A stretch of DNA of 64,000 nt from the human T2T-CHM13v2.0 reference genome, Homo sapiens, in NCBI RefSeq assembly GCF_009914755.1, contig NC_060938.1. One strand, 5' to 3'. This document shows positions 41,636-56,773 of the stretch, in pieces (positions within the stretch are counted from its first letter, which is position 1; each line of letters opens with the position of its first letter). The notes under the pieces were generated by a model that was not told the DNA's origin, made no database searches, and worked only from the letters and a program-made list of their open reading frames with translations. The position numbers were made by a program, and so were the translations under genes.

Positions 41636-42859
41636 AAAAAAGTCCAGTGTACTCACACTCATGAAGTTTACTGGGGGAAAAGGCAATGAATAAACAAATG
41701 AATGTGTACCATGAGGTCCCCTCCATAAGAGAAGTCTAAGCAATAGTCCTTCTTTCCCTTTTTACCCATCTTCTCTGCCCTTATCACCACTTAACATTAT
41801 ATTATACACTAGAATGTAAGCTCCCTGAGGAAAGGAAGTAATGAACTTTTTTACTGGTCCTTGCTATGATTCTGTTTTTCAAAACACTACTTAGCATGTG
41901 GTTATAGGATCTCAATAAATATTTTCTGAGTCATTGCATCATTAAGCTGAATAGAATATTATTATTTGTTGCCTTACATATAGGTATGATTTCAAGTGAT
42001 TGTCTTTGCTTACATTGTTTGTGAACAATCCAAGTATTCACAAGTGTTTTTTAGAGAGTGTGTATAGCTTCCACATTGTCCTGAGAGAAGCTGGGTGCAG
42101 TTCATAACATTACAATAATAATGGAAAGAGAATAAAGAAGTATGAGATCAATCAACTGCTTGTCTCCAGGGAAAGACTTATTGTGTAAAAGGTAGAGAGG
42201 AAAATTATAATCTATTTTTCTCAATTTGAATGAAAGGCTCAGTATACCTGAAAAGCTGTCATATACATTTATAGTTGTGTAAGGAGGAAGACAAGGCAAG
42301 TTCACATTCAGCTGATTGCCTTGTTTAGAACTTTTGAAAATAATTGCAATATCCCTGGTTGTGCCATCATTTCTGTGGTTCCTCAAGTAAGTTTTGATCA
42401 GCTGCAGGCAGCCAAACCAATTCCTCAAGCTACAAAATTAACTAGCATCACAGTGAATCTGAACAGCTTATAAAGTGCTAGAAAAGCACCAAGGTGTAGA
42501 TTGAGCATGATAGAAAATTCAAATAAAAAACTGAATTCATTTTTGTTGTTTTTACTGCCGAAACACATCACACTTGATGAACTGGAGCATATGAACATAC
42601 TCCTTTGAATCCATGATAAAAATCCTGATTTTAGAATAAAAGAGATGCACACACACATACACACATACACTTAGAAATAAAGCATCTTGAGGATTAACCA
42701 TATTAAAAAGTTACGTGAAGTTGGATTCTTGTTGATTATAATGGGAAGGTACTACATGATATTATACCTTGTTCTTATACTTTCTTGCTTGGAAATAGAA
42801 AATAAAACTAACAGTTTCTACACTGGTGGAAGCAACAAGATGGCTAATAGCAGCTGCAT

Positions 42860-43072
42860 CAAGTCCTTGGAAAGGTGATGGGTGTGGGTCCCATTTCGCT
42901 ACCCACTTTCCATCTGACACTAAGTACTCCCCAGTGAGTAGCCTTCCCTCCGCACTGAGTGTGAGAAGTTTGCCACCTTATACTACAGCATTATTGTCGA
43001 AGAACCCGCCTGGGTGTGTGCACCTTCAGCTGCATAATCTGTGGCAAGACCTTCAAAGAAAAGACCCATTAA
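42860..43072 (+). pseudogene. Decayed C2H2 zinc-finger coding fragment
   Basis: FSCIICGKTFKEKTH* (43025-43072), preceded in another frame by H*VLPSE*PSLRTECEKF (42918-42971; cf. HxxxHSGEKPFxCxECxK). Confidence 0.45.
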
Positions 43073-43090
43073 AAAAAAAATCTATATTTT

Positions 43091-44517
<1,427 letters not shown>

Positions 44518-44614
44518 AAAAAATCTAAATTTTGATTTATTACCACTGTTAGTACTGTATATATGGAGGTGGCTGGTGATGATTATTAGGTGGCAAATAT
44601 CCTAATTGATAAAA

Positions 44615-45152
44615 TGTGGTAGGCAGTATTTTTAAATGATCCCAAGTTTTCTATTTCTCCCTCTTATATGACTTGTGTAATTCCTTCCCCTTGAGGATAG
44701 GAGGAACCTGCAACTTGCCTCTAACCAATTGAAAATGAAGAAGGTGAAGGGAATATTTATATGTGATTAAGGTCTCTAATCATTTGAATTTGTGTTAGTC
44801 AAAAGAGAGATTATTCTGGGTGGGCCTGACCTCATAAGGTAAGCTCTTCCCTTAGAGATTCTGTTTATTGTTGGCTTTGAAGAAATAACTTATCATGAAT
44901 TCTAAAACTACAAGGAAGGAAATAAATTTTGCCAACAAAATGAGTGAGTTTGAAAGCAGATCCTTCCCTAATCAAGCTTTCAGATGAGAACACAATCAAA
45001 CCAATATCTTGATGTCAACCTTGTGAGATCCTGAATAGAGGGCCCAAGTAAGATACATCCAGACTTCTAACATGCAAAAACTTCAAAATAATAAATGTGT
45101 TAAGCTGCTAAGTTTGCGCTAATTTCTTACACAGCATAGAAAACAGATACAC
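44615..45152 (+). mobile_element. MLT1E-like MaLR LTR
   Basis: tgtggtaggcag...gagattattctgggtgggcctgac...cagcatagaaaacagataca. Confidence 0.7.
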
Positions 45153-47240
45153 AAGGGTATAGGAGGTTACACATGCCTGCTGAGCAAAAACATGGATTCA
45201 AAGCATTAGATGTATGAGAGAGGAGCCAGTGAAGAATCCTAATAAAGTTATTAACATAGTATTCCTGATAATCTGAAGAGCTAGACGGTATTTTATATGT
45301 GCCCCCTTATTTGGCTCATAATATCAATTATATAAATCTCAATCATTGTTCTCATCCTCCGAACCCAAGTTGTTACTTTTCTTTTGTTTACCCACTAGAC
45401 CATGCAATTACATTTATTTCTCAAGTGTAAAATACACTGCCATCTGGATAAAAACTACAAAAAAAATTAATGATTTGGAGAGCTTCAAATATACAGATGT
45501 TTAGTGTTGAATTAACTAACATTCTGGATGGTTGACTGATTTGAATTTCTTTTAACTTGGATGTTTGGGGACTATGTAGATATACTACCTGAAGCTATAG
45601 ATACTGTTAAGAAGCCAGAATTGTTACTTAGAAAACAATATGTAATATGATAACATGATTTAGATTCTGTCTGAGCTTGTGCCTATGTATATTTGATAGA
45701 ACGTTTCTATGTATTACCATACATCAGGGTTTAATGTATTTGAAAAGCATTATAAATGTTACAGCTTTTAATAATTAAAATTACATCTATAGTTTGCTTC
45801 ACATAAATAGAGCTTCTTATTTCTTTCTGTCTCTTTCACTGAACTCTGTATTTTATTCTTAAATGTCCAGTCTTTTTGACAATGATCTATGATAACAAAA
45901 TAATATTACACATTAAAAAAGGAAGATGGGGTTACATCTGGCAGTTCAGAGACACCCATGTTGGTTCTAGTTTGCCAGATTCTTCTCTGGCAGGCTAGAT
46001 AATGGCATCTAGTCCTTGGTATTCAGAAATACAACTATGTGTTTAAATGCATACTGATTTATTTAGGAGATAATTTTGAGAATTTCTTGTAATATTTATT
46101 TGTGAAATTATTATCTCAAATAATAATTTAAGTGAATGTGATAAAATCTAACAAATAGTGATGCAGGGGCTGTGGTAATTTAGAAAAAGGAAGATGCAGA
46201 AGATAGGGTTTCTAATGGTGGGGAAAAGATATAAGTGATCAACCAATTTTCTGATTTATTTTGTTATAAATATTTGGTGTCTAAGTATCTGACATAAGAG
46301 AAAACTTTTTTGTAAACTTTCTTATAAAAATATTGTATTAAGCACCGGAGTTTGCATACAAATTTTAAAACTGAAAATTCTTGACTACTCAACTGAATTT
46401 TTGGTTTGTGCATTTATGCTTTATCTGGTGAATGGAGTAAGTGATCAATTGTATTGTGGGAAAATTGCATTTTCTTGGGACTGCCTTCTACATAAACAAC
46501 CTGGGTATGTTCTGGGATTTTAGGACAATTGTTTCTAAGTATCCAGTGATGGGAAAAAGCATTTAGGCATATGAAAGGGGTGGAACAGGAATATTTTGCT
46601 CAGAGAACTTCCAGGATTAGGTGCTTTTAATCTCTAAAAATTTTATTCATACAGGCATTTCTCATTGCAGATAAATACCACTGTCTCGCTATGAAGAGTA
46701 ACACTGTGCAATGCAATGAACACTTGAATGTTTAAGTTATTAAACATATATGTTATTTCAAGGAGAAATGATCTCCTTTAGGAGGAGAAAAACATTTTTG
46801 TTTTTGTTTCTGCTGAAGGTCACCTTGGGCAATTGAAAAGGAAAGCATTCCTGTGCATCCAGATTCATTTATTTTTGGCTTGAATTTTTGTAGCAGACAA
46901 AAAGCACCAGTTCCCCCACTGTTTCCTGTTCTTAGCAGGTCCAGCTGCCTGCGGGTGGTCTACAGATTTGTGAGAGCAAAGGCTCTTCACTTGTAAGAAG
47001 AAGTTGCCCGTGGTCTTCCAAGTTTGGGTTTCTAAACTGGAATTTCTGAAGTTTGGCAAAAGCTCTAGGAAAATACTCAAGTTTGGAAAAATCCTTCCTT
47101 TAATTCTTGACTGTGGCTTTCTCTTAGTACATTTCTCCCTTGTTGAAGCTACATTTACATATTTAGTTTTTAATATTGGTTTTGTTGTGGCATTGCCTTA
47201 AAATAATATTTCTATAGAGAAAATCAGAGCTTATTTTATG

Positions 47241-47602
47241 TGATATAGTTTGGCTGTGTCCCCATCCAAATCTCATTTTGAACTGTAGCTCCCATAATTC
47301 TCATGTGCTGTGGGAGGGACCCGGTGGGAGATATCTGAATTGTAAGCATGGTTGCCCCCCATACTGTTCTCATGGTAGTGAAAAAGTCTCCTGAGATCTG
47401 ATGGTGTTATAAGAGGAAACCCCTTTCACCTGGCTCTCATTCTCTCTTGTCTGCCGCCATGTAAGACATGCCTTTGCCTTCTACCATGATTGTGAGGCCT
47501 CTCCAACCACGTGGAACTGTGAGTCCATTAAACCTCTTTTTCTATATAAATTACCCAGTCTCGTGTATGTCTTTATCAGCAGTGTGAAAATGAACTAATG
47601 CA
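47241..47602 (+). mobile_element. THE1 (MaLR) solo LTR
   Basis: tgatatagtttggctgtgtcccc...aactaatgca; TSD TTATG on both sides. Confidence 0.92.
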
Positions 47603-48772
47603 TTATGTTTCAAGTCAAAGTGCAATGACGGGCATCTAACAGATGGTTTGGTACCTTATAGTTTATTCAGCCTGAAAATAAAAGGGGATTTATTGCAACC
47701 TAAATTTTAAAAAATAGGTGAAACATCCTAAATTAAATATATGACTTAGGAGATACAAAGTTGAATTTATGTTAAAATATTAACACACAAAAATATAAAT
47801 TTTAGACTTTTCTATCTGGCTTACAATATTGGAAATAACAGTTTGTTTCAGGAAGTAAATTGATATCTTCCAGTCTTCATGCTGTCTTTTTAAAAAATGA
47901 AATTCCTATCTCCAATACTATTTTATTTAGCAGTCGTTTGAGATATTTTGTGTTCCAGGAAGTTTTTTATTTCCTGGACATTCAAAGATAAATATGATGC
48001 ACTTGGTACTTACAGGGTAATGCAGGAAATAGACAGTGCTCTCTGATAGGGACTAAATGAAGAAAGCACAATGGCCTTATAAGAAACATTGTTCTACTTT
48101 TTACACTGATGTGGAAATGAGAAAGGATGACTCATCTACCAGCAATTAATCATATTCAGTTATCATGTATTGGTTGGTTACCCTTTGGTATATGGCAGAC
48201 TATGCATGCATTATTATTATAGATGAGAGACCAGGATGTTGCAGATGGGCTGAGTGTGAGTCTCAACCCACCCCTCACTTCCTAACTGTGTGAACTTGGG
48301 CTAAAAATGAGGTTCACAGTGCTGCATAACTCCATGGAAACACCAGCATTAAAAATCATATCTACTTCATCAGATTGTGAAGATTAAAGAGGCAAAACCT
48401 AAAAATAACTTAGAACACTGCCTAAGACATTACTGATGAACAGGTGCTATGGATTCAGGAGAGCAAATTCCATTTCCTACTTGTACTTTACTACAAGCAG
48501 GAAAAAATGTTTCTGGACCATGGGGAATTTGAAGTATTTTGATGAAGACAAGATAATCCATTTGAAATACAAAATGATATAAAGGAAAGAACTAAGCATT
48601 TGGTGGCATTGCATTAACCAATAAGGAAACTAACAGGATTTTAGGGGTGAGAAAGATGAATAGCCTCTTTTGCAATAAATTAATTATCAACTTTACATTT
48701 ATAAGAGCATTTTCTACATGTGAAATCATGGCCTTATAATGATGCTATCATCAAAATATCTCATTCAGTGCA

Positions 48773-49125
48773 TGTATTAGTTTGTTTTCATGCCCCTGAT
48801 AAAGACATACCTGAAACTGGGAACAAAAAGAGGTTTAATTGGACTTATAGTTCCACATGGCTGGAAGGCCTCAGAATCATGGTGGGAGGTAAAAACCACT
48901 TCTTACATGGCAGCAGCAAGAGAAAAATGAGGAAGAAGCAAAAGTGGAAAGCTTGATAAACTCATCAGATCTTATGAGACTTATTCCCTATCATGAGAAC
49001 AATATGGTAAAGACTGGCCCCCATGATTCAATTACCTGCCCCTGGGTCCTCTCCACAACAGGTGGGAATTCTGGGAGATACAATTCAAGTTGAGATTTGG
49101 GTGGGGACAGAGCCAAACCATATCA
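48773..49125 (-). mobile_element. THE1 (MaLR) solo LTR
   Basis: tgtattagt...gggacagagccaaaccatatca; TSD GTGCA on both sides. Confidence 0.92.
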
Positions 49126-51956
49126 GTGCACATAGGAAATCTATGAGATTTAGCTGATTATCCCCATTTACACATCAGTATACTAAGAGCCATATAATTT
49201 AAGTGAATTGCTCATAGTTATACAGCTAGCAATACAGAGTCTGGACTTGGACCTACAATGTTTATATCTGAAACCTGGGCAACTAACAACTTCTTGTCTC
49301 CCATGAGGAGGTTGAGCATGGGCTGTGTTTACATAGTATACATCTAGGTAAGTCAAAAAGAAGGGTTAGCCATCTCATGTTAGGGAAGTGCCTGGAACAA
49401 AGTTACATGGAGGAGCAAGTTGTGGTTGGGGGACAATGAGGGTTCCAGCTGCATAGACATGGTTGGGTTGAACATAGGATTAGTATAGATGAGAATGCAA
49501 TAAAAAGTACTCAACTGAAGTGACTCAAAGTAAGTATTTTTCTACATCACAAGAAGTTCAGTGGTAGGCAATTATTAGAGATATTTTGATGATGCTATCA
49601 GGGCTTCCCTATCTTTTAATTATTTATTGTCATTTTTATTACTTATTTATTTTCTTCATTCATAATAGGTCTTATTTTGTCCGGTGCTTGTCATTTTATA
49701 GTCATGTCTCAGTTCAAAGCAGGAAAAAGGAAGAAGCTTGAGGAAGAAGCCTTAAAAAGCCATGTCTGCCACATCTCTCTTCTTTCTTTAAGAGAGCCAT
49801 GGGTTTCCCAGAATTGCCACTCCCCCACCCCAAACCATGTATATTCTTGCTTAGGTTACTGGCCTAAGCAACCTCACATACCACCCCAAGTTATAAAGGA
49901 CCGGTCAACTTTCAGTATAACAGTGTACTTTGGGGATGCATTATGTTGCAGTAACAAATGACTCTCCCAAAATCTTGGTGGCTTAACAAGAAGAAGGGAA
50001 AAGAGAGCATGGTGAATATATAAGATGCTTTGGTTTGGAAGTTCTATGCCTCCTTTCCTTGGCACATGTTCTTTACTTTTCATGGAATGTCTTTCCTCTT
50101 GTCATCCTTTCCCTCAATGTTTCCTTTGTCATCTTTAATACTTAGCCAATCCTGTCTATTCTTTACCTCCCCCGGAAAACATTTTCTGAGTTACCTGGGA
50201 TGAAGATCTCTCTGATGGTTCCTACCCCTGTATACAGGACTTTTCATACTCTATTGTTTTCTTTATTTTTTCGTCAGTTCAAGTGTAGTTTGAGATCTTT
50301 TGTGGCTTACAGCTGTGTCTTTATCTTTGTATCCACAAGGTCTAGGTTGCAGCTGAATGATCTGCACCATGACTCCCTATAGCAATGTGTTACACCAAAA
50401 TAACCAAGGAACAAAGAAACCCTTTGCTTTCATCAATTTCTAGGGTATGAAAAGTCTCATAGCTCTATATGTAAATCCACAAAGAAAAATATTTCCTACA
50501 TGGACCTCAAATAGGAGGGCAATATTAAAATATTTTTTGTAAAATACTTTGCAACTGCTAACTTGCAACTATAATCCCTGTATATTTCTTGGAGTTGTGA
50601 GTTCCTCCTTACACACTGGTAACAATATCCAAGATCATTTGAACAGTTGTTGAACAAATCAATAATTGTTGATCATTCAAACAAATGGCCAGATATGCTT
50701 TGTGTTACAACAGAGGACAAATTACCTCTGGCTCTCTGCCACACAAGCTTATGATATTTCCTTGGGTATACAGTAGGAGAAAACATCATACAAATGGGTC
50801 CTAGTGTTACCTGAAAAGTCAACAAGACCAGTATTAGTCTAAGGGGTAAGTGAACAAAATTGTTGGGTGACACCTTCCAGAACACAGCACAATACAGTTG
50901 AAAGAATACAGGATATAAATCAAACAGTCCATGGCCTGAGTTTTTACTGTGCCAATGATAAGCTTGGTGTTTTGATTAATGTTCTTAACTTCGAGATGTG
51001 ATTTCCTCACATGTAAAATAGGGGAGTTAATAACAATTTCACAAGATTCTATGTGATATGCTTGGCATAGCATGTTTTTAGTATCAGCCCTTCTTTCCCC
51101 ACATATCCCATGATTTCCAGAATCTCTGCATTTTCTAGCGACCCTACTTGTCTTATGGAATCTGAGTATTCCTTCTTGCCTTGCCTTTTACATATATTGG
51201 TGTGTTTCATCTTTTAACTATAACTCCCTCTGTGTTTCATGTTTCTCTTCTTCTAACAACTCCTATTGCCCTCAATTAAAGTAAGCTTTGTGTCTTTGTG
51301 TAACAATAAATGAATATGATAGTCTCCATTTTTGAGTCTATACTATTTGCCAGAAACATTGCTAAGAATTATCTTATTTAACATTTATAGTGGCTCTAAA
51401 GTAAATATATTTTAGATAAAGAGCAAAATTCAGAATACCTGCAACTTAATTTCTTGAACACGTATTTATTAAGTTTCTAATATGTACCCAGAATAAGGGA
51501 TAGAACAGGCATTGCTAGTTTATCAAAATTCAAACCCATGATTTAACCACTCTCCTACATGCTCTAATTGTCAGATTTTTTTTACTAAATAATCAGTAGG
51601 AATTTATAATGAAAGATGGGCAGTAAAAATGCATTCCTATGTCTAATTTTTTCAAAGGGTGAATGTGTCAGAAACTTCAGTTTTATTATGTTTTCTGATC
51701 CATACATTCTAGAGAAAAGGAAATGGAAGGAAAGTGCATGAACTTTGGAAATGGCAGAGGTAGGATTTGAATCTGGGTTTTTCACCTCCTTATGCAATTT
51801 CTTCTCATTTTAACACACTACCTCTGTCAACACAAAGAGTGTCTTCTGTATTATTAAAGAAATGCTAGGCTATGTTGTCGTAACAAGTATAACATTTTAG
51901 TAGTTTAATTCCTCTATCACTTCTCATTTACTTTGGAGGTGCAGCCTGGCTTGGTA

Positions 51957-53270
51957 CTAGTTTGGTGCAAAAGTAATTGCAGTTTTTACATTGTTGGAAT
52001 TTGCCGTCTGATATTGGAATACATTCTTAAATAATTGTGGTTATGTTATACCTCGTTTTAATGGACATTTCTCATTTTATATTATTTTGCTAACGATTTA
52101 TTTCTTAATGTTTATTTTATATTTATTTTAGGCTATGGAAATGATGTTAGACAAAAAGCAAATTTCTTTTTGTCTAACATCTTATTCTTTGAATAAGAAA
52201 AGAAATTTTCTTATTCAAATTCAAAATGGGTTATAAGGCAGCAAAGACAACTCACAACATCAACACATTTGGCCCAGGAACTGCTAACGAACATACAGTG
52301 CAGCGGTGGTTCAAGAAGATTTGCAAAGGAGACGAGAGCCTTGAAGATGAGGAGCACAGTGGTCAGCCATCGGGAGTTGACAACAACCAGTTGAGAGCAA
52401 TCATCAGAGTTGATCCTCCTACAACTACACAAGAAGTTGCCGAAGAACTCAACATCTACCATTCTACGGTCATTTGGCATTTGAAGCAAATTGGAAAGGT
52501 GAAATAGCTCGCTAAGTGGGTGTCTCCTGAGCTGAGTGAAAATAAAAAAAAATTGTTTTGAAGTGTCTTCTTCTCTTATTCTACGCAAGAAAAACGAACA
52601 ATTTCTTGATTGGATTCTGACGTGTGATGAAAAGCGGATTTTATACAACAACCAGCGATGAACAGCTCAGTGGTTGGACTGAGAAGAAGCTCCAAAGCAC
52701 TTTCCAAAGCCAAACTTGCACCAGAAAAGTCATGGTTACCGATTGGTGGTCTGCTGCTGGTCTGATCCACTACTGTTTTCTGATTCCTGGCGAAACCATT
52801 ACATGTGAGAAATATGCTCAGCAGAACGATGAGACGCACTGAAAACTGCAGGACCTGCAGCCAGTGTTGGTCAACAGAAGGGGCCCAGTTCTTTTCCACG
52901 ACAATGCTTGACCTCACCTTGCACAATCAACGCTTCAAAATTTGAGCGAATTGGGCTAGGAAGTTCTGCCTCATCCACCATATTCACCTGACTCCTCACT
53001 GACCAACTACCACTTCTTCAAGCATCTTGACAGCTTTTTGCAGAGAAAACACTTCCACAACCAGCAGGATGCAGAAAATGCTTTCCAAGAGTTTGTCAAA
53101 TCCCCAAGCACAGATTTTTATGCTATAGGAATAAACAAATTTATTTCTCATTGACATAACGTGTTGATTGTAATGGTTTCTATACAAATGACTAAAGAAT
53201 GTGTTTGAGCCTAGTTATACTAATTTAAAATTCACCGTCCCAAACCGCAGTTACTTTTGCACCAACCTAC
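51957..53270 (+). mobile_element. Full-length Hsmar1 mariner transposon
   Basis: 30-bp ITRs ctagtttggtgcaaaagtaattgcagtttt (51957-51986) and caaaccgcagttacttttgcaccaacctac (53241-53270); TA on both flanks; inserted in an old MLT1-like LTR. Confidence 0.97.
52135..53195 (+). pseudogene. Hsmar1 transposase pseudogene
   Basis: MEMMLDKKQI start; HTH region GPGTANEHTVQRWFKK; WVSPEL (WVPHEL), TCDEK, HDNA and YSPD motifs; several stops and frameshifts. Confidence 0.95.
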
Positions 53271-54328
53271 TAGATGGGCTCTGTTCATTGTAGGACTCAG
53301 GATAACTGAGGCTCTCAATTAAAATGCGTCTCCAGGATCACCACCACAGGAGTCGGGGAACAGGGCTACTCAGGCGCATGGCTCCTGCAGTTTCTGTACA
53401 GAAATCACGTGTGACTTCGCTCACATTTCACTGGCCAAAATGTCACATCGTCCCACTTAACAAAAGTGGTGCAATATTCATTCCTACTGTATGCCTTGAA
53501 GAAGAAGAGCACAGAACATTCTGGAAATACTTTGAAGCACTTTAAATACACACACAAACACACACATACACACACACAAATGTGTATCCAGAAAAGAATA
53601 CAAGAACGAGCTTTTTTAGCACCATGTCAGTCTGGAGAAACAACAAAAGCCATTGACCTTCTAGTTCAATCTAGTACAATTTTTGTTTGTTTTTTCTTCT
53701 ACAGTAAAAGGATTCAATATTATTTATCTATAACCATGCATGTTCTTAAATGTTTTATATTGTTAGATTTGAAGTCATTTTCTATTCTGTAAGCATTTGA
53801 ATAGATGACACTAAAATAACCCTTGGTTGAAAGTCAAAAGTTTAACTCTTAAAATGCCCTCCTCAAGTTCTCCACTTTCTTTTGTTCTTCTCTGAAATTA
53901 GCATTAAAAACGAGTCTCAGAGAAGTGAAGCCTTGACTCCTTTAGGCTTTAGGAACCTTGGTTCTTTGAGAACCTTGGTTTTTGGTTCCACTGTTTTGTC
54001 ATAAGTAAGATGTTATTTATTAAAATAGGTTCCCTTCACTTTCGCTATTTACTTATTTGTTTGTTAACTGACTTATTTACTTATTTGATCATTTATTAAG
54101 AGAAAGCTGTGGAGGCAAGTATTGGGTTAGCGTTAATATGTTTCTGAGCAAGTAACTGGTAGAGAAACTCTCTCCTTGTTGGTTCAAGAGTCAAAAACCT
54201 GTATTCAGATCACAGCATTACTACTTTTTAACTTTGTGACCTAAGCCACTTTCTGAACCTTTTCAATTCTGAAAAATGAAGGTCATCTCTCATGTGTGAT
54301 GCAGGAAAAGGGACAAAAAGAGTGACTA

Positions 54329-54625
54329 GGCTGGACACGGTGGCTCACATCTGTAACCCCAGTGCTTTGAGAGGCTAAGGCAGGAAGGTCTCTTGAGGCC
54401 AGAAAAGTTCAAGATCAGCCTGAGCAACATAGTGAGGCTCCAACTCTACAAAAAAATTTAAAAATTAGCCAGGTGTGGTTGCCCATGCTTGTAGTCCTAG
54501 CTGTTTGGGAGGCTGAGGGAGGAGAATTGCCTGAGCCCAGTAGACTGAGGCTGCAGTGAGCTAATGCACTCCAGCCTGAGTGACAGAGTGAGACCCTGTC
54601 TTCCTCTAAAAAATATTAAAAAGAA
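54329..54625 (+). mobile_element. AluJ
   Basis: Dimer with J-type features. Confidence 0.9.
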
Positions 54626-54954
54626 GAAGAGTGAGGTCTGCATGGTTGACAGCCCTGGCGTCACCTACATTGCCTGGCTCAGGGCCAACTTTAACATGAG
54701 CATTGACTTGAATGAAAATGCTTAGAAATTGGGAACTCAGTTTCTAAAAAGGATTCTCAAAAAATGAATTCTAGTTTGAGTACCCAACAACCAGGCCTGG
54801 AAATGGCCCAGACATTAATGTTAGCATATATTTCATTTCATGCCTTTACAGCTCCCCCTGATGTTACATTCACCCCCAAGCTACTTCTGAATGTACTGAG
54901 TACCATCACCACTTGACCACTTCCCATTTCTGCTCTTTAGAATAGGTTTAGCCT

Positions 54955-55848
54955 ATGCTGTGGACTGAATGTTTCTGTCTCCACAAAGCTCCTAAGTTGA
55001 AATCCTAACCCTCAATGGGATAGTACTTTGAAATGGGGCTTTTGGGAGGAAATTAGGTCATAAAGGTGGAGCTCTTGTGATGGGATTAGTGCCTTTAGTA
55101 AGAAGAGACAGGAGAGAACTTTCTGGAGGCAAATTTATTTTTCAAAATAAATTTTAATATATATTTTTTTAATTTCAATAGTTTTTAGGGAACAGGTGGT
55201 GGTTGGTTACATGAACAAGTTCTTCAGTGGTGACTTCTGAAATTTTGGTGCACCCGTCACCTAAGCAGTGTACGGTGTACCCAATCTGTAGTTTTTTTAA
55301 CCCTCACCACCCACTACCCTTTCCCCTGAGTCCCCAAAGTCCAAGTCCAATGTATTGTTCTTATGCCTTTGTGTCCTCATAGCTTAGCTCCTACATATGA
55401 GTGAGAACATACTATGTTTAGTTTTCCATTCCTCAGTTACTTCACTTAGACAATAGTCTCCAATTCCATTCAGGTTGCTGCAAATGCCATTATTTCATTC
55501 CTTTTTATGGCTGAGTAGTATTCCATTATATATATATATACATACACACACACACACACATACACACACACACACATATATATCTATCTCACATTTTCTT
55601 TATCCACTCATTGATTGATGGCTATTTGGTTAGGTTCCATATTTTTTGCAATTGCAAATTGTTCTGTTGTAAACATGCATGCAGTTTTTATAAGCCAGGA
55701 AGAACAGCCTCACCAGACACCAGATCTACTGGCACCATGATTTTGAACTTTACAGCCTCTGTAACTGTGAGAAGTAATTGTTTATTGCTGTTATTAGCCA
55801 CCAAGTCTTTGGTATTTTAGTTACAGCAGTTCAAACCCACTAATATAT
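54955..55848 (+). mobile_element. MLT1A-like LTR split by an antisense L1PB-type 3' end (~55130-55682)
   Basis: tgctgtggactgaatgtt...; insert tttggtgcacccgtcacctaagcagtgtac; LTR resumes aagccaggaagaacagcctcaccagacacc. Confidence 0.75.
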
Positions 55849-56289
55849 ACCATAAGTTTCAGATTCCACAATATACCAGGGAATTTCTTGCATCTCAACT
55901 TCATTTAGTGTGAGCCATTGTTGAATCTGGATTTCAGTCAACCAATTCAGAAAGCAAAACAATTATAATCACTCTGAGCTACTCAGGTAAGCTCACTGCA
56001 TGTAGGCTCTGGTACATGTACCAATATTGGCTAATTTGCCCCAATCTGTTTATGATTATTTCTACCTAGTATAGCTCCCTTTGACTCTAGCTGCACATTT
56101 CCTCCAGGTTTCTGCTGATAAAAAATAACAACTATTGCCATTTTTGTTGTTGTAGCCTTTTCTTTCTGGTTCACACTTTGTATTTGACCCCTTCTGACAC
56201 ATTGGGAACAATTCTAACTTCAGAACTGGAATCAGTGAGGTGATTAGGGTGGCCAAGAGGAGAAATGGCATTCTTTAACGCATTAGATG

Positions 56290-56590
56290 AGTTAGTTGGA
56301 GATGGGGCATTTGGGAGGTAATTAGGTCATGAAGGTGTAGCACTGTTGATGGAAGAAGTGCCTTTGTGAGAAGAGTTACAGAAATCTTACTTCCTTTCCC
56401 TTTCTCGTCACCATTGAGAAAATACAGAAAGAAGACCATCTACAAGCCAGAGAGCAGCCTTCACGAGACACTGGATTTCTAGAGCCTTGATTTTGAACCT
56501 CCCAGCTTTCAGAACTGTAAGAAATAAATGTTTGCTGTTTAAGCCACCCAATCTATGACATGTGTTATGGGAACCTGAGCTAAGGCAGCC
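56290..56590 (+). mobile_element. MLT1A-like LTR fragment
   Basis: tttgggaggtaattaggtcatg...cagaactgtaagaaataaatgtttgctgtttaagccaccca. Confidence 0.7.
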
Positions 56591-56773
56591 TACAAGAATA
56601 ATCTGCCTCATGTTTTCTAAAGGAGATTCCTTAAATATGATTCCCCATTTGTTCTTCATACAGTAGTAATAGTACTGATGGTGATAGTAGGTGTAGTCCT
56701 AGAAGTAGTTGTTTTAAAAGACACAGATATGAATTGAGAAGAGAGAAGAAAACTAAAATAAGTTGCTTTAGAC

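Noticed and set aside
52211-52926. Antisense ORFs (146 and 116 aa) over Hsmar1
   Set aside because: Shadow frames of the transposase pseudogene
52135-53195. SETMAR transposase exon
   Set aside because: Both ITRs present, multiple stops and frameshifts, and no SET-domain exons nearby; this is a dispersed Hsmar1 copy
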